DNA of 64,000 bases from Eledone cirrhosa (lineage: Eukaryota). The notes under the pieces are model-generated. The model was not told the DNA's origin and searched no databases. It worked only from the letters and a program-made list of their open reading frames with translations. Location: NCBI GenBank assembly GCA_964016885.1, contig OZ024741.1, positions 119,846,001 through 119,910,000 on the forward strand, given 5' to 3'. Positions 1-16,900 of this stretch are shown here, piece by piece (position 1 is the first letter of the stretch; every line of letters begins with the position of its first letter). The position numbers and the translations under genes are program-made.

Positions 1-1188
1 TCGATATCTATAACTATATGTATCTGTCGATATATCTATCTATATCTATATGTATATGTCGATATCTATATGTATATGTTGATATATATATATCTATATG
101 TATATCTATATGTATATGTCGATATCTATATCTATATGGATATGTCGATATCTATATCTATATGTATATGTCGATATCTATATCTCTATGTATATGTCGA
201 TATCTATATATATATGGCGATATCAATATCTCTATGTATATATCGATATCTATATCTATATTTATATGTCGATATCTATATGTATATGTTGATACTTATA
301 TCTAGATTTATATGTTGATATCTATATCTCTATATGTATGTCGATATCTATATCTATATCTATACGTATATGTCGATATCTCTATCTCTATCTATATGTT
401 GATATCTATATCTTTATGTGTACGTTGATATCTATATGTATATGTCGATATCTATATCTATATGTATATGTTGATACCTATATCTATATGTATATATCGA
501 TATCTATATCTATATGTATATGTAGATATCTATCTCTCTCTATATATGTTGATATCTATATCTCTATGTGTACGTTGATATCTATATCTATATGTATATG
601 TCGATATCTATATCTATATGTATATGTCGTATATGTTGACATCTATATCTATATCTATATGTATATGTTGATATCTATATCTATATGTATATGTCGATAT
701 CTATATCTATATCTATATGTATATGTTGATATCTATATCGATATCTAACTGTATATGTTGATATATATATCTATATGTATATGTCGATTTCTATATCTAT
801 ATCTATATCTATATCTATATGTATATGTCAATATTTATATCTATATGTATATGTTGATATCTATATCTATATGTATATGTCGATATCTATATGTATATGT
901 TGATATATATATCTATATGTATATGTATATGTCGATATCTATATCTATATGGATATGTAGATATCTATATCTATATCGATATGTCGATATTTATATCTAC
1001 ATGTTTATGTTGATATCTATATCTATATGTATCTGTTGATATCTATATCTCTATGTATATGTCGATATCTATATCTATATCTATATGTCGATATCTATAT
1101 CTATATGTATATGTTGATATCTATATCTATATGTATATGTTGATATCTATATGTATATGTATATATTGATATCTATATCTATATTTAT

Positions 1189-1581
1189 CGTTTTCGGTGC
1201 GCCTGGCCGACTGAACTCACTCGATATGCAAATTAGGCTGCTCAGCCGTTAATTTTCATAAGGAAAGTATATACTTTCGAACGTTCAACCATCTGGCAGA
1301 AGGGTATACGGTGCTGACGATAGCTAACAAGCTTGAAACTAGTACATCGTTCCTGTGTCAGTGTTGAAAAAAAAAAAGGTGACGTGGTAGCCTTAACACC
1401 ATACGGCATAAATCAGGCTGTCCGTTTCTTTACAAACGGACAAAGCGAACGTTATAATAAACGTTCGCTAAACTGATAGGTACATATATATATGTGTACC
1501 TGTATGTATATATATATATATATATATATGCATGCTACTGTACGTCTGTATACATATATGTATGTACGTATACATACATAC
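1189..1581 (+). mobile_element. Structured non-coding cassette in satellite, copy 1 (hammerhead-containing, retrozyme/Penelope-like non-autonomous element)
   Basis: Non-satellite sequence CGTTTTCGGTGCG...GTATACATACATAC with many hairpins and an internal (TA)n; repeated at 7453 and 10581; diverged homologue at 60438-60650 (-). Confidence 0.7.
1308..1350 (+). ncRNA. Minimal type-I hammerhead ribozyme, copy 1
   Basis: ACGGTG-CTGACGA-TAGCT AACA AGCTT-GAAA-CTAG-TA^-CATCGT: CUGANGA and GAAA boxes, 6-bp stem I (one G-U), stem II AGCT/AGCT, palindromic ACTAGT stem III, GUA triplet (cut predicted after 1344). Confidence 0.75.
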
Positions 1582-4500
1582 TTATATCTATATGTATTTG
1601 TTGATATCTATATCTATATCTATATCTATGTGTATATGTTGATACCTATATCGATATGTATATATTGATATTTATATCTACATGTATATGTTGATATCTA
1701 TATGTATATGTCGATATCTATATCTATATCTATATGTTCATATCTATATCTATATGTACATGTTGATAGCTATATCTATATGTATATGTATATGTAGATA
1801 TCTATATCTCTATGTATATGTCGATATCTACATCTATAACTATATGTTGATATCTATATCTATATGTATATGTTGATATCTATATTTATATCTATATGTG
1901 TATGTCGATATCTCTATCTATATGTATATGTTGATAGCTATATCTATATGTATATGTCGATATCTATATCTATATGTCGATAGCTATATCTATATGTATA
2001 TGTTGAAATCTATATCTATATGTATATGTATATGTCGATATCTATATATTTATGTATATGTCGATATCTATATCTATATATATATAATTATGTCGATATC
2101 TCTATCTCTATGTATATGTCGATATCTATATCTATATGTCGATATCTTATCTCCATGTATATATCGATATCTATATCTATATGTATATGTCGATATCTAT
2201 ATCTATATGTATATGTTGATACCTATATCTATATCTATATGTTGATATCTATATCTATATGTATATGACGATATCTATATCTATATGTATATGTTGATAT
2301 CTATATCTATATGTATATGTTAATATGTATATCTATATGTCGATATCTATATCTATCTGTATATGTTGATATCTATATCTATATTTATATGTCGATTTCG
2401 ATTTCTATATATATATCTATGTCTATATGTATATGTCGATATCTATATCTATATGTATATGTCGATATATATATCTCTATGAATATGTCGATATCTATAT
2501 CTATATTTATATGTATATATTGATATCTATATCGATATCTATATGTATATGTTGATATCTATATCTATATCTATATGTATATGTTGATATCTATATCTAT
2601 ATATATATCTATATGTATATGTTGATATCTATATCTAAATGTCGATATCGTTATATAACTGTATATGTTGATACATATAACTATATGTATATGTCTATAT
2701 CTATATCCATATCTATATCTATATGTATATGTCGATATCTATATCTATATGTGTATGTTGATATCTATGTTGATATCTATGTTGGTATCTGTATCGATAT
2801 TTATATCTATATGTATATATTACTATCTATACCTATATGTATATGTGGATATCTATATCTATATGTATATGTTGATATCTATATCTATATGTATATGTCG
2901 ATATCTATATGTATATGTTGATATATATATCTATATGTATATGTATATGTCGATATCTATATCTATATGCATATGCCAATATCTATATCTATATGTATAT
3001 GTCGATATTTATATCAATATGTTTATGTTGATATCAATATCGATATGTATCTGTTGATATCTATATGTATATGTATATGTTGATATCTATATCTATATGT
3101 ATTTGTTGATATCTATATCTATATCTATATCTATACGTATATGTTGATACCTATATCGATATGTATATATTGATATTTATATCTATATGTAAATGTTGAT
3201 ATCTATATGCATATGTCGATATCTATATCTATATCTATATGTTCATATCTATATCTATATGTACATGTTGATAGATATATCTATATGTATATGTATATGT
3301 TGATATCTATATCTCTATGTTTATGTCGATATCTACATCTATATGTCGATAGCTATATGTATATGTGTATGTTGATATCTATATGTATATGTTGATATCT
3401 ATATCAATATGTATATGTTGATATCTATATCTATATGTATATGTTGATATATATATCTATATGTATATGTATATGTCGATATCTATATCTATATGGATAT
3501 GTAGATATCTATATCTATATGTATATGTCGATATCTATATCTATATATATATATTTATGTCGATATCTATATCTCCATGTATATATCGATATCTATATTT
3601 ATATGTATATGTCGATATCTATATCTATCTGTATATGTTGATATCTATATCTATATGTATATGTCGATTTCTATTTCTATATCTATATCTATATCTATAT
3701 CTATATCTATATGTATATGTCGATATTTATATGTATATGTATATGTTGATATCTATATCTCTATGTGTATGTCGATATCTACATCTATATCTGTATGTAT
3801 ATATTGATATCTATATCTATATCTATATGTAGATGTTGATATCTATATCTATATGTATATGTTGATATCTATATCTATATCTATATGTATATTTTGATAT
3901 CTATATCTCTATATATATATCTATATCTATATGTTGACATCTATATCTATATGTCGATATCCTTATCTATCTGTATTTGTTGATACCTATAACTATATGT
4001 ATATGTGTATATCTATATCCATATCCATATCTATATGTATATGTTGATATCTATATCTAAATGTATATGTTGATACCTATATCTATATGTATATGTTGAT
4101 ACCTATATCTATATGTATATGTCGATATCTATATCTATATGTCAATATCTATCTCTATATCTACATGTCGATAGCTATATCTATATGTATATGTTGATAT
4201 CTATATGTATATGTATATGTTGATATCTATATGTATATGTATATGTTGATATCTATATGTATATCTCTATGTATATGTCGATATCTACATCTATATCTAT
4301 ATGTTGATATCTATATCTATATGTATATGTTGATATCTATATTTATATCTATATGTGTATGTCGATATCTATATCTATATGTATATGTAGATATCTCTAT
4401 CTATATGTATATGTTGATACCTGTATCTATATGTATATGTCGATATCTATATGTATATATATATGTCGATATCTTTATCTATATGTCGATAGTTATAGCT

Positions 4501-7452
4501 ATATGTGTATATTGATATCTATATCTATATTTATATGAATATATCTATATCTATATGTATATGTTGATATCTATATTTATATCTATATGTATATATCGAT
4601 ATCTATATCAATAGGTATATGTTGATATTTATATCTATATATATATGTATATATATATGTCGATATCTATATCTATATGTCGATAGTTATAGCTATATGT
4701 GTATATTGATATCTATATCTATATCTATATGTATATATCGATATCTCTATGTATATTTTGATATATATATATCTATATGTATATGTATATGTCGATATCT
4801 ATATATATGTTTATGTCTATATCTATATCTCTATGTATATGTCGATATCTATATCTATATGTCGATATCTATATCTCTATGTATATATCGATATCTATAT
4901 CTATATTTAAATGTCGATATCTATATCTATACGTATATGTTGATACCTATATCTATATCTATATGTTGATATCTATATCTCTATATGTATGTCGATATCT
5001 ATATCTATATCTATACGTATATGTCGATATCTATATCGCTATGTATATGTTTATATCTATATCTCTATGTGTATGTTGATATCTATATCTATATGTATAT
5101 GTCGTATATGTTGACATCTATATATATATCTATATGTATATGTCGATATCTATATCCATATGTATATGTTGATACCTATATCTATATGTATATGTTGATA
5201 TCTATAACTATATATATATCTATATGTATATGTTGATATCTATATCTATATGTCGATATCTATATCTATCTGTATGTGTTGATATCTATATCTATATATA
5301 TATCTATATGTATATGTTGATATCTATATCTATATGTCGATATCTATATCTATATGTGTATGTTGATATCTATATCTATATTTATATGTCGATATATATA
5401 TCTATATGTGTATGCTGAGATCTATGTTGATATCTATGTTGATATCTATATGGATATTTATATCTATTTGTATATGTTGATATCTATATATATATGTATA
5501 TGTCGATATCTATATGTATATGTTGATATATATATATATATATATATGTATATGTATATGTATATGTCGATATCTATATCTATATGGATATGTCGATATC
5601 TATATCTATATGTCGATATTTATATCTATATGTTTATGTTGATATCTATATCAATATGTATCTTTTGATATCTATATCTCTATGTATATGTCGATATCTA
5701 TATCTAAATCTATATGTCGATATCTATATCTATATGTATATGTTGATATCTATATCCATATGTATATGTTGATATCTATATGTATATGTATATGTTGATA
5801 TCTATATCTATATGTATATGTTGATATCTATATCTATATCTATATCTATATGTATATGTTGACATCTATAAGTATATGTCGATATCTATATTTATATCTA
5901 TATGTTCATATCTATATCTCTATGTATATGTTGATAGCTATATCTAAATGTATACGTATATGTCGATATCTATATCTATATCTATATGTTGATATCTATA
6001 TCTATATGTATATGTTGATATCTATATTTATATCTATATGTGTATGTCGATATCTATATCTATATGTATATGTAGATATCTATATCTATATGTATATGTC
6101 GATATCTATATGTATATGTTGATATATATATATATCTATATGTATATCTATATGTATATGTCGATATCTATATCTATATGGATATGTCGATATCTATATC
6201 TATATGTATATGTCGATATCTATATCTCTATGTATATGTCGATATCAATATATATATGGCGATATCAATATCTCTATGTATATATCGATATCTATATCTA
6301 TATTTATATGTCGATATCTATATGTATATGTTGATACCTATATCTAGATTTATATGTTGATATCTATATCTCTATATGTATGTCGATATCTATATCTATA
6401 TCTATATGTATATGTCGATATCTATAGCTATATGTATATGTCGATATCTATATCTCTATGTATATGTCGATATCAATATATATATGGCGATATCAATATC
6501 TCTATGTATATATCGATATCTATATCTATATTTATATGTCGATATCTATATGTATATGTTGATACCTATATCTAGATTTATATGTTGATATCTATATCTC
6601 TATATGTATGTCGATATCTATATCTATATCTATACGTATATGTCGATATCTCTATCTCTATCTATATGTTGATATCTATATCTCTATGTGTACGTTGATA
6701 TCTATATGTATATGTCGATATCTATATCTATATGTATATGTTGATACCTATATCTATATGTATGTATCGATATCTATATCTATATGTATATGTAGATATC
6801 TATCTCTCTCTATATATGTTGATATCTATATCTCTATGTGTACGTTGATATCTATATGTATATGTCGATATCTATATCTATATGTATATGTCGTATATGT
6901 TGACATCTATATCTATATCTATATGTATATGTTGATATCTATATCTATATGTATATGTCGATATCTATATCTATATCTATATGTATATGTTGATATCTAT
7001 ATCGATATCTAACTGTATATGTTGATATCTATATCTATATGTATATGTCGATTTCTATATCTATATCTATATCTATATCTATATGTATATGTCAATATTT
7101 ATATCTATATGTATATGTTGATATCTATATCTATATGTATATGTCGATATCTATATGTATATGTTGATATATATATCTATATGTATATGTATATGTCGAT
7201 ATCTATATCTATATGGATATGTAGATATCTATATCTATATCGATATGTCGATATTTATATCTACATGTTTATGTTGATATCTATATCTATATGTATCTGT
7301 TGATATCTATATCTCTATGTATATGTCGATATCTATATCTATATCTATATGTCGATATCTATATCTATATGTATATGTTGATATCTATATCTATATGTAT
7401 ATGTTGATATCTATATGTATATGTATATGTTGATATCTATATCTATATTTAT

Positions 7453-7765
7453 CGTTTTCGGTGCGCCTGGCCGACTGAACTCACTCGATATGCAAATTAG
7501 GCTGCTCAGCCGTTAATTTTCATAAGGAAAGTATATACTTTCGAACGTTCAACCATCTGGCAGAAGGGTATACGGTGCTGACGATAGCTAACAAGCTTGA
7601 AACTAGTACATCGTTCCTGTGTCTGTGTTGAAAAAAAAAAGGTGACGTGGTTGCCTTAACACCATACGGCATAAATCAGGCTGTCCGTTTCTTTACAAAC
7701 GGACAAAGCGAACGTTATAATAAACGTTCGCTAAACTGATAGGTACATATATATATGTGTACCTG

Positions 7766-7819
<54 letters not shown>

Positions 7820-7868
7820 TGCTACTGTACGTCTGTATACATATATGTATGTACGTATACATACATAC
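7453..7868 (+). mobile_element. Structured cassette in satellite, copy 2
   Basis: Near-identical to 1189-1581; differs mainly in A-run and (TA)n length. Confidence 0.7.
7572..7614 (+). ncRNA. Minimal type-I hammerhead ribozyme, copy 2
   Basis: Identical to 1308-1350. Confidence 0.75.
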
Positions 7869-10580
7869 TTATATCTATATGTATTTGTTGATATCTATAT
7901 CTATATCTATATCTATGTGTATATGTTGATACCTATATCGATATGTATATATTGATATTTATATCTACATGTATATGTTGATATCTATATGTATATGTCG
8001 ATATCTATATCTATATCTATATGTTCATATCTATATCTATATGTACATGTTGATAGCTATATCTATATGTATATGTATATGTAGATATCTATATCTCTAT
8101 GTATATGTCGATATCTACATCTATAACTATATGTTGATATCTATATCTATATGTATATGTTGATAGCTATATCTATATGTATATGTCGATATCTATATCT
8201 ATATGTCGATAGCTATATCTATATGTATATGTTGATATCTATATCTATATGTATATGTATATGTCGATATCTATATATTTATGTAGATGTCGATATCTAT
8301 ATCTATATATATATAATTATGTCGATATCTCTATCTCTATGTATATGTCGATATCTATATCTATATGTCGATATCTTATCTCCATGTATATATCGATATC
8401 TATATCTATATGTATATGTCGATATCTATATCTATATGTATATGTTGATACCTATATCTATATCTATATGTTGATATCTATATCTATATGTATATGACGA
8501 TATCTATATCTATATGTATATGTTGATATCTATATCTATATGTGTATGTTAATATGTATATCTATATGTCGATATCTATATCTATCTGTATATGTTGATA
8601 TCTATATCTATATTTATATGTCGATTTCGATTTCTATATATATATCTATGTCTATATGTATATGTCGATATCTATATCTATATGTATATGTCGATATATA
8701 TATCTCTATGAATATGTCGATATCTATATCTATATTTATATGTATATATTGATATCTATATCGATATCTATATGTATATGTTGATATCTATATCTATATA
8801 TATATCTATATGTATATTTTGATATCTATATCTAAATGTCGATATCGTTATATAACTGTATATGTTGATACATATAACTATATATATATGTCTATATCTA
8901 TATCCATATCTATATCTATATGTATATGTCGATATCTATATCTATATGTATATGTTGATACCTATATCTATATGTATATGTCGATATCTATATCTATATG
9001 TCGAAAGCTATATCTATATGTGTATATTGATATCTATATTTATATGTATATGTTGATATCTATATCTATATGTATATGTTGATATCTATATGTATATGTA
9101 TATGTCGATATCTATATCTATATGTAGATGTTGATATCTATATCTATATGTTTATGTATATGTCGATATCTATAACTATATGTATCTGTCGATATATCTA
9201 TCTATATCTATATGTATATGTCGATATCTATATGTATATGTTGATATATATATATATCTATATGTATATCTATATGTATATGTCGATATCTATATCTATA
9301 TGGATATGTCGATATCTATATCTATATGTATATGTCGATATCTATATCTCTATGTATATGTCGATATCAATATATATATGGCGATATCAATATCTCTATG
9401 TATATATCGATATCTATATCTATATTTATATGTCGATATTTATATGTATATGTTGATACCTATATCTAGATTTATATGTTGATATCTATATCTCTATATG
9501 TATCTCGATATCTATATCTATATCTATATGTATATGTCGATATCTATATCTATATGTATATGTCGATATATATATCTCTATGTATATGTCGATATCAATA
9601 TATATATGGCGATATCAATATCTCTATGTATATATCGATATCTATATCTATATTTATATGTCGATATCTATATGTATATGTTGATACCTATATCTAGATT
9701 TATATGTTGATATCTATATCTCTATATGTATGTCGATATCTATATCTATATCTATACGTATATGTCGATATCTCTATCTCTATCTATATGTTGATATCTA
9801 TATCTCTATGTGTACGTTGATATCTATATGTATATGTCGATATCTATATCTATATGTATATGTTGATACCTATATCTATATGTATATATCGATATCTATA
9901 TCTATATGTATATGTAGATATCTATCTCTCTCTATATATGTTGATATCTATATCTCTATGTGTACGTTGATATCTATATCTATATGTATATGTCGATATC
10001 TATATCTATATGTATATGTCGTATATGTTGACATCTATATCTATATCTATATGTATATGTTGATATCTATATCTATATGTATATGTCGATATCTATATCT
10101 ATATCTATATGTATATGTTGATATCTATATCGACATCTAACTGTATATGTTGATATCTATATCTATATGTATATGTCGATTTCTATATCTATATCTATAT
10201 CTATATCTATATGTATATGTCAATATTTATATCTATATGTATATGTTGATATCTATATCTATATGTATATGTCGATATCTATATGTATATGTTGATATAT
10301 ATATCTATATGTATATGTATATGTCGATATCTATATCTATATGGATATGTAGATATCTATATCTATATCGATATGTCGATATTTATATCTACATGTTTAT
10401 GTTGATATCTATATCTATATGTATCTGTTGATATCTACATCTCTATGTATATGTCGATATCTATATCTATATCTATATGTCGATATCTATATCTATATGT
10501 ATATGTTGATATCTATATCTATATGTATATGTTGATATCTATATGTATATGTATATGTTGATATCTATATCTATATTTAT

Positions 10581-10894
10581 CGTTTTCGGTGCGCCTGGCC
10601 GACTGAACTCACTCGATATGCAAATTAGGCTGCTCAGCCGTTAAATTTCATAAGGAAAGTATATACTTTCGAACGTTCAACCATCTGGCAGAAGGGTATA
10701 CGGTGCTGACGATAGCTAACAAGCTTGAAACTAGTACATCGTTCCTGTGTCAGTGTTGAAAAAAAAAAAGGTGACGTGGTCGCCTTAACACCATACGGCA
10801 TAAATCAGGCTGTCCGTTTGTTTACAAACGGACAAAGCGAACGTTATAATAAACGTTCGCTAAACTGATAGGTACATATATATATGTGTACCTG

Positions 10895-10942
<48 letters not shown>

Positions 10943-10991
10943 TGCTACTGTACGTCTGTATACATATATGTATGTACGTATACATACATAC
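10581..10991 (+). mobile_element. Structured cassette in satellite, copy 3
   Basis: Near-identical to 1189-1581. Confidence 0.7.
10700..10742 (+). ncRNA. Minimal type-I hammerhead ribozyme, copy 3
   Basis: Identical to 1308-1350. Confidence 0.75.
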
Positions 10992-13900
10992 TTATATCTA
11001 TATGTATTTGTTGATATCTATATCTATATCTATATCTATGTGTATATGTTGATACCTATATCGATATGTATATATTGATATTTATATCTACATGTATATG
11101 TTGATATCTATATGTATATGTCGATATCTATATCTATATCTATATGTTCATATCTATATCTATATGTACATGTTGATAGCTATATCTATATGTATATGTA
11201 TATGTAGATATCCATATCTCTATGTATATGTCGATATCTACATCTATAACTATATGTTGATATCTATATCTATATGTATATGTTGATATCTATATTTATA
11301 TCTATATGTGTATGTCGATATCTCTATCTATATGTATATGTTGATAGCTATATCTATATGTATATGTCGATATCTATATCTATATGTCGATAGCTATATC
11401 TATATGTATATGTTGATATCTATATCTATATGTATATGTATATGTCGATATCTATATATTTATGTATATGTCGATATCTATATCTATATATATATAATTA
11501 TGTCGATATCTCTATCTCTATGTATATGTCGATATCTATATCTATATGTCGATATCTATATCTCCATGTATATATCGATATCTATATCTATATGTATATG
11601 TCGATATCTATATCTATATGTATATGTTGATACCTATATCTATATCTATATGTTGATATCTATATCTATATGTATATGACGATATCTATATCTATATGTA
11701 TATGTTGATATCTATATCTATATGTATATGTTGATATGTATATCTATATGTCGATATCTATATCTATCTGTATATGTTGATATCTATATCTATATTTATA
11801 TGTCGATTTCGATTTCTATATATATATCTATGTCTATACGTATATGTCGATATCTATATCTATATGTATATGTCGATATCTATATCTCTATGAATATGTC
11901 GATATCTACATCTATATTTATATGTATATATTGATATCTATATCGATATCTATATGTATATGTTGATATCTATATCTATATCTATATGTATATGTTGATA
12001 TCTATATCTATATATATATCTATATGTATATGTTGATATCTATATCTAAATGTCGATATCGTTATATAACTGTATATGTTGATACATATAACTATATGTA
12101 TATGTCTATATCTATATCCATATCTATATCTATATGTATATGTCGATATCTATATCTATATGTGTATGTTGATATCTATGTTGATATCTATGTTGGTATC
12201 TGTATTGATATTTATATCTATATGTATATATTACTCTCTATACCTATATGTATATGTGGATATCTATATCTATATGTATATGTTGATATCTATATCTATA
12301 TGTATATGTCGATATCTATATGTATATGTTGATATATATATCTATATGTATATGTATATGTCGATATCTATATCTATATGCATATGCCAATATCTATATC
12401 TATATGTATATGTCGATATTTATATCTATATGTTTATGTTTATATCAATATCGATATGTATCTGTCGATATCTATATGTATATGTATATGTTGATATCTA
12501 TATCTATATCTATTTGTTGATATCTATATCTATATCTATATCTATACGTATATGTTGATACCTATATCGATATGTATATATTGATATTTATATCTATGTG
12601 TATATGTTGATATCTATATGCATATGTCGATATCTATATCTATAGCTATATGTTCATATCTATATCTATATGTACATGTTGATAGATATATCTATATGTA
12701 TATGTATATGTTGATATCTATATCTCTATGTTTATGTCGATATCTACATCTATATGTCGATAGCTATCTCTATATGTGTATGTTGATATCTATATGTATA
12801 TGTTGATATCTATATCAATATGTATATGTTGATATCTATATCTATATGTATATGTTGATATATATATCTATATGTATATGTATATGTCGATATCTATATC
12901 TATATGGATATGTAGATATCTATATCTATATGTATATGTCGATATCTATATCTATATATATATATTTATGTCGATATCTATATCTCCATGTATATATCGA
13001 TATCTATATTTATATGTATATGTCGATATCTATATCTATCTGTATATGTTGATATCTATATCTATATGTATATGTCGATTTCTATTTCTATATCTATATC
13101 TATATCTATATCTATATGTATATGTCGATATTTATATGTATATGTATATGTTGATAACTATATCTCTATGTGCATGTCGATATCTACATCTATATCTGTA
13201 TGTATATATTGATATCTATATCTATATCTATATGTAGATGTTGCTATCTATATCTATATGTATATGTTGATATCTATATCTATATGTATATGTTGATATC
13301 TATATCTATATATATATATCTATATCTATATGTTGATATCTATATCTATATGTCGATATCCTTATCTATCTGTATTTGTTGATACCTATAACTATATGTA
13401 TATGTGTATATCTATATCCATATCCATATCTATATGTATATGTTGATATCTATATCTAAATGTATATGTTGATACCTATATCTATATGTATATGTTGATA
13501 CCTATATCTATATGTATATGTCGATATCTATATCTATATGCATATGTCAATATCTATATCTATATCTACATGTCGATAGCTATATCTATATGTATATGTT
13601 GATATCTATATGTATATGTATATGTTGATATCTATATGTATATGTATATGTTGATATCTATATGTATATCTCTATGTATATGTCGATATCTACATCTATA
13701 TCTATATGTTGATATCTATATCTATATGTATATGTTGATATCTATATTTATATCTATATGTGTATGTCGATATCTATATCTATATGTATATGTAGATATC
13801 TCTATCTATATGTATATGTTGATACCTGTATCTATATGTATATGTCGATATCTATATGTATATACATATGTCGATATCTATATCTATATGTCGATAGTTA

Positions 13901-16900
13901 TATCTATATGTGTATATTGATATCTATATCTATATTTATATGAATATATCTATATCTATATGTATATGTTGATATCTATATTTATATCTATATGTATATA
14001 TCGATATCTATATCAGTAGGTATATGTTGATATTTATATCTATATATATATGTATATGTATATGTCGATATCTATAAATATATGTATCTGTCGATATCTA
14101 TATCTATATCTATATCTATATGTATATATCGATATCTCTATGTATATGTTGATATATATATATCTATATGTATATGTATATGTCGATATCTATATCTATA
14201 TGTCGATATCTATATCTCTATGTATATATCGATATCTATATCTATATTTAAATGTCGATATCTATATCTATATGTATATGTTGATACCTATATCTATATC
14301 TATATGTTGATATCTATATCTCTATATGTATGTCGATATCTATATCTATATCTATACGTATATGTCGATATCTATATCGCTATGTATATGTTTATATCTA
14401 TATCTCTATGTGTATGTTGATATCTATATCTATATGTATATGTCGTATATGTTGACATCTATATATATATCTATATGTATATGTCGATATCTATATCCAT
14501 ATGTATATGTTGATACCTATATCTATATGTATATGTTGATATCTATATCTATATATATATCTATATGTATATGTTGATATCTATATCTATATGTCGATAT
14601 CTATATCTATCTGTATGTGTTGATATCTATATCTATATATATATCTATATGTATATGTTGATATCTATATCTATATGTCGATATCTATATCTATCTGTAT
14701 ATGTTGATATCTATATCTATATATATATCTATATGTATATGTTGATATCTATATCTATATGTCGATATCTATATCTATATGTGTATGTTGATATCTATAT
14801 CTATATTTATATGTCGATATATATATCTATATGTGTATGCTGAGATCTATGTTGATATCTATGTTGATATCTATATGGATATTTATATCTATATGTATAT
14901 GTTGATATCTATATATATATGTATATGTCGATATCTATATGTATATGTTGATATATATATATATGTATATGTATATGTATATGTCGATATCTATATCTAT
15001 ATTGATATGTCGATATCTATATCTATATGTCGATATTTATATCTATATGTTTATGTTGATATCTATATCAATATGTATCTTTTGATATCTATATCTCTAT
15101 GTATATGTCGATATCTATATCTAAATCTATATGTCGATATCTATATCTATATGTATATGTTGATATCTATATCCATATGTATATGTTGATATCTATATGT
15201 ATATGTATATGTTGATATCTATATCTATATGTATATGTTGATATCTATATCTATATCTATATGTATATGTTGATGCCTATATCGATATGTATATATTGAT
15301 ATTTATATCTATATGTATATGTTGATATCTATAACTATATATACATATTTATGTCGATATCTATATCTCTATGTATATGACGATATCTATATCTATATGG
15401 CGATATCTATATCTCTATGTATATATCGATATCTATATCTATATGTATATGTTGATATTTATATCTATATGTGTATGTCGATATCTATATGCATATGTAT
15501 ATGTTGACATCTATATCTATATGTATATGTAGATATCTATATCTATATGTCGATATCTATATCTATCTGTATATGTCGATTTCTATATCTATATCTATAT
15601 GTATATGTCGATATTTATATCTATATGTATATGTTGATATCTATATCTATATGTATATATCGATAATTACATCTATATCTATATTTATATAATGATATCT
15701 ATTTCTATATCTATATGTATATGTTGATACCTATATCTATATGTATTTGTTGATATCTATATCTATATGTATATGTTGATATCTATATCTATATCTATCT
15801 GTATATTTTGATATCTATATCTATATGTATATGTCTATATCTATATCCATATCTATATCTATATGTATATGTCAATATCTATATCTATATGTATATGTTG
15901 ATACCAATATCTATATGTATATGTCGATATCTATAACTATATGTGTATGTTGATATCTATATGCATATGTTGATATATATATCTCTATGTATATGTATAT
16001 GTCTATATCTATATCTATATGGATATGTCGATATCTATATCTATATATATATGTCGTTATTTAAATCTATATGTTTATGTTAATATCTTTATCTATATAT
16101 ATCTGTTGATATCTATATCTATATGCATATGTCAATATCTATATGTATATGTCGATATCTATATCTATATGTATATGTTGATATCTATATCTATATGTAT
16201 ATGTTGATATCTATATGTATATGTATATGTTGATATCTATATGTATATGAATATGTTGATATCTATATCTATATGTATATGTTGATATCTATATCTATAT
16301 CTATATGTATATATTGATACCTATATTGATATGTATATATTGATATTTATATCTATATGTATATGTTGATATCTATATGTATATGTCGATATCTATATTT
16401 ATATCTATATGTTCATATCTATATCTGTATGTATATGTTGATAGCTATATCTATATGTATATATATATGTCGATATGTATATCTATATCTATATGTCGAT
16501 ATCTATAACTATATGTATATGTTGATATCTATATCTATATATATATGTTTATGTCGATATCTATATCTCTATGTATATTACGATATCTATATCTATATGG
16601 CGATATCTATATCTCTATGTATATATCGATATATATATCTATATGTATATGTTCATATTTATATCTATATGTATATGTCGATATCTATATTTATATGTTG
16701 ATATATATATCTATATGTATATGTATATGTCGATATCTATATCTATATGGATATGTCGATATCTATATCTATATGTATATGTCGATATCGATATCTCTAT
16801 GTATATGTCGATATCTATATATATATGTTTATGTCGATATCTATATCTCTATGTATATGACGATATCTATATCTATATATCGATATCTATATCTCTATGT

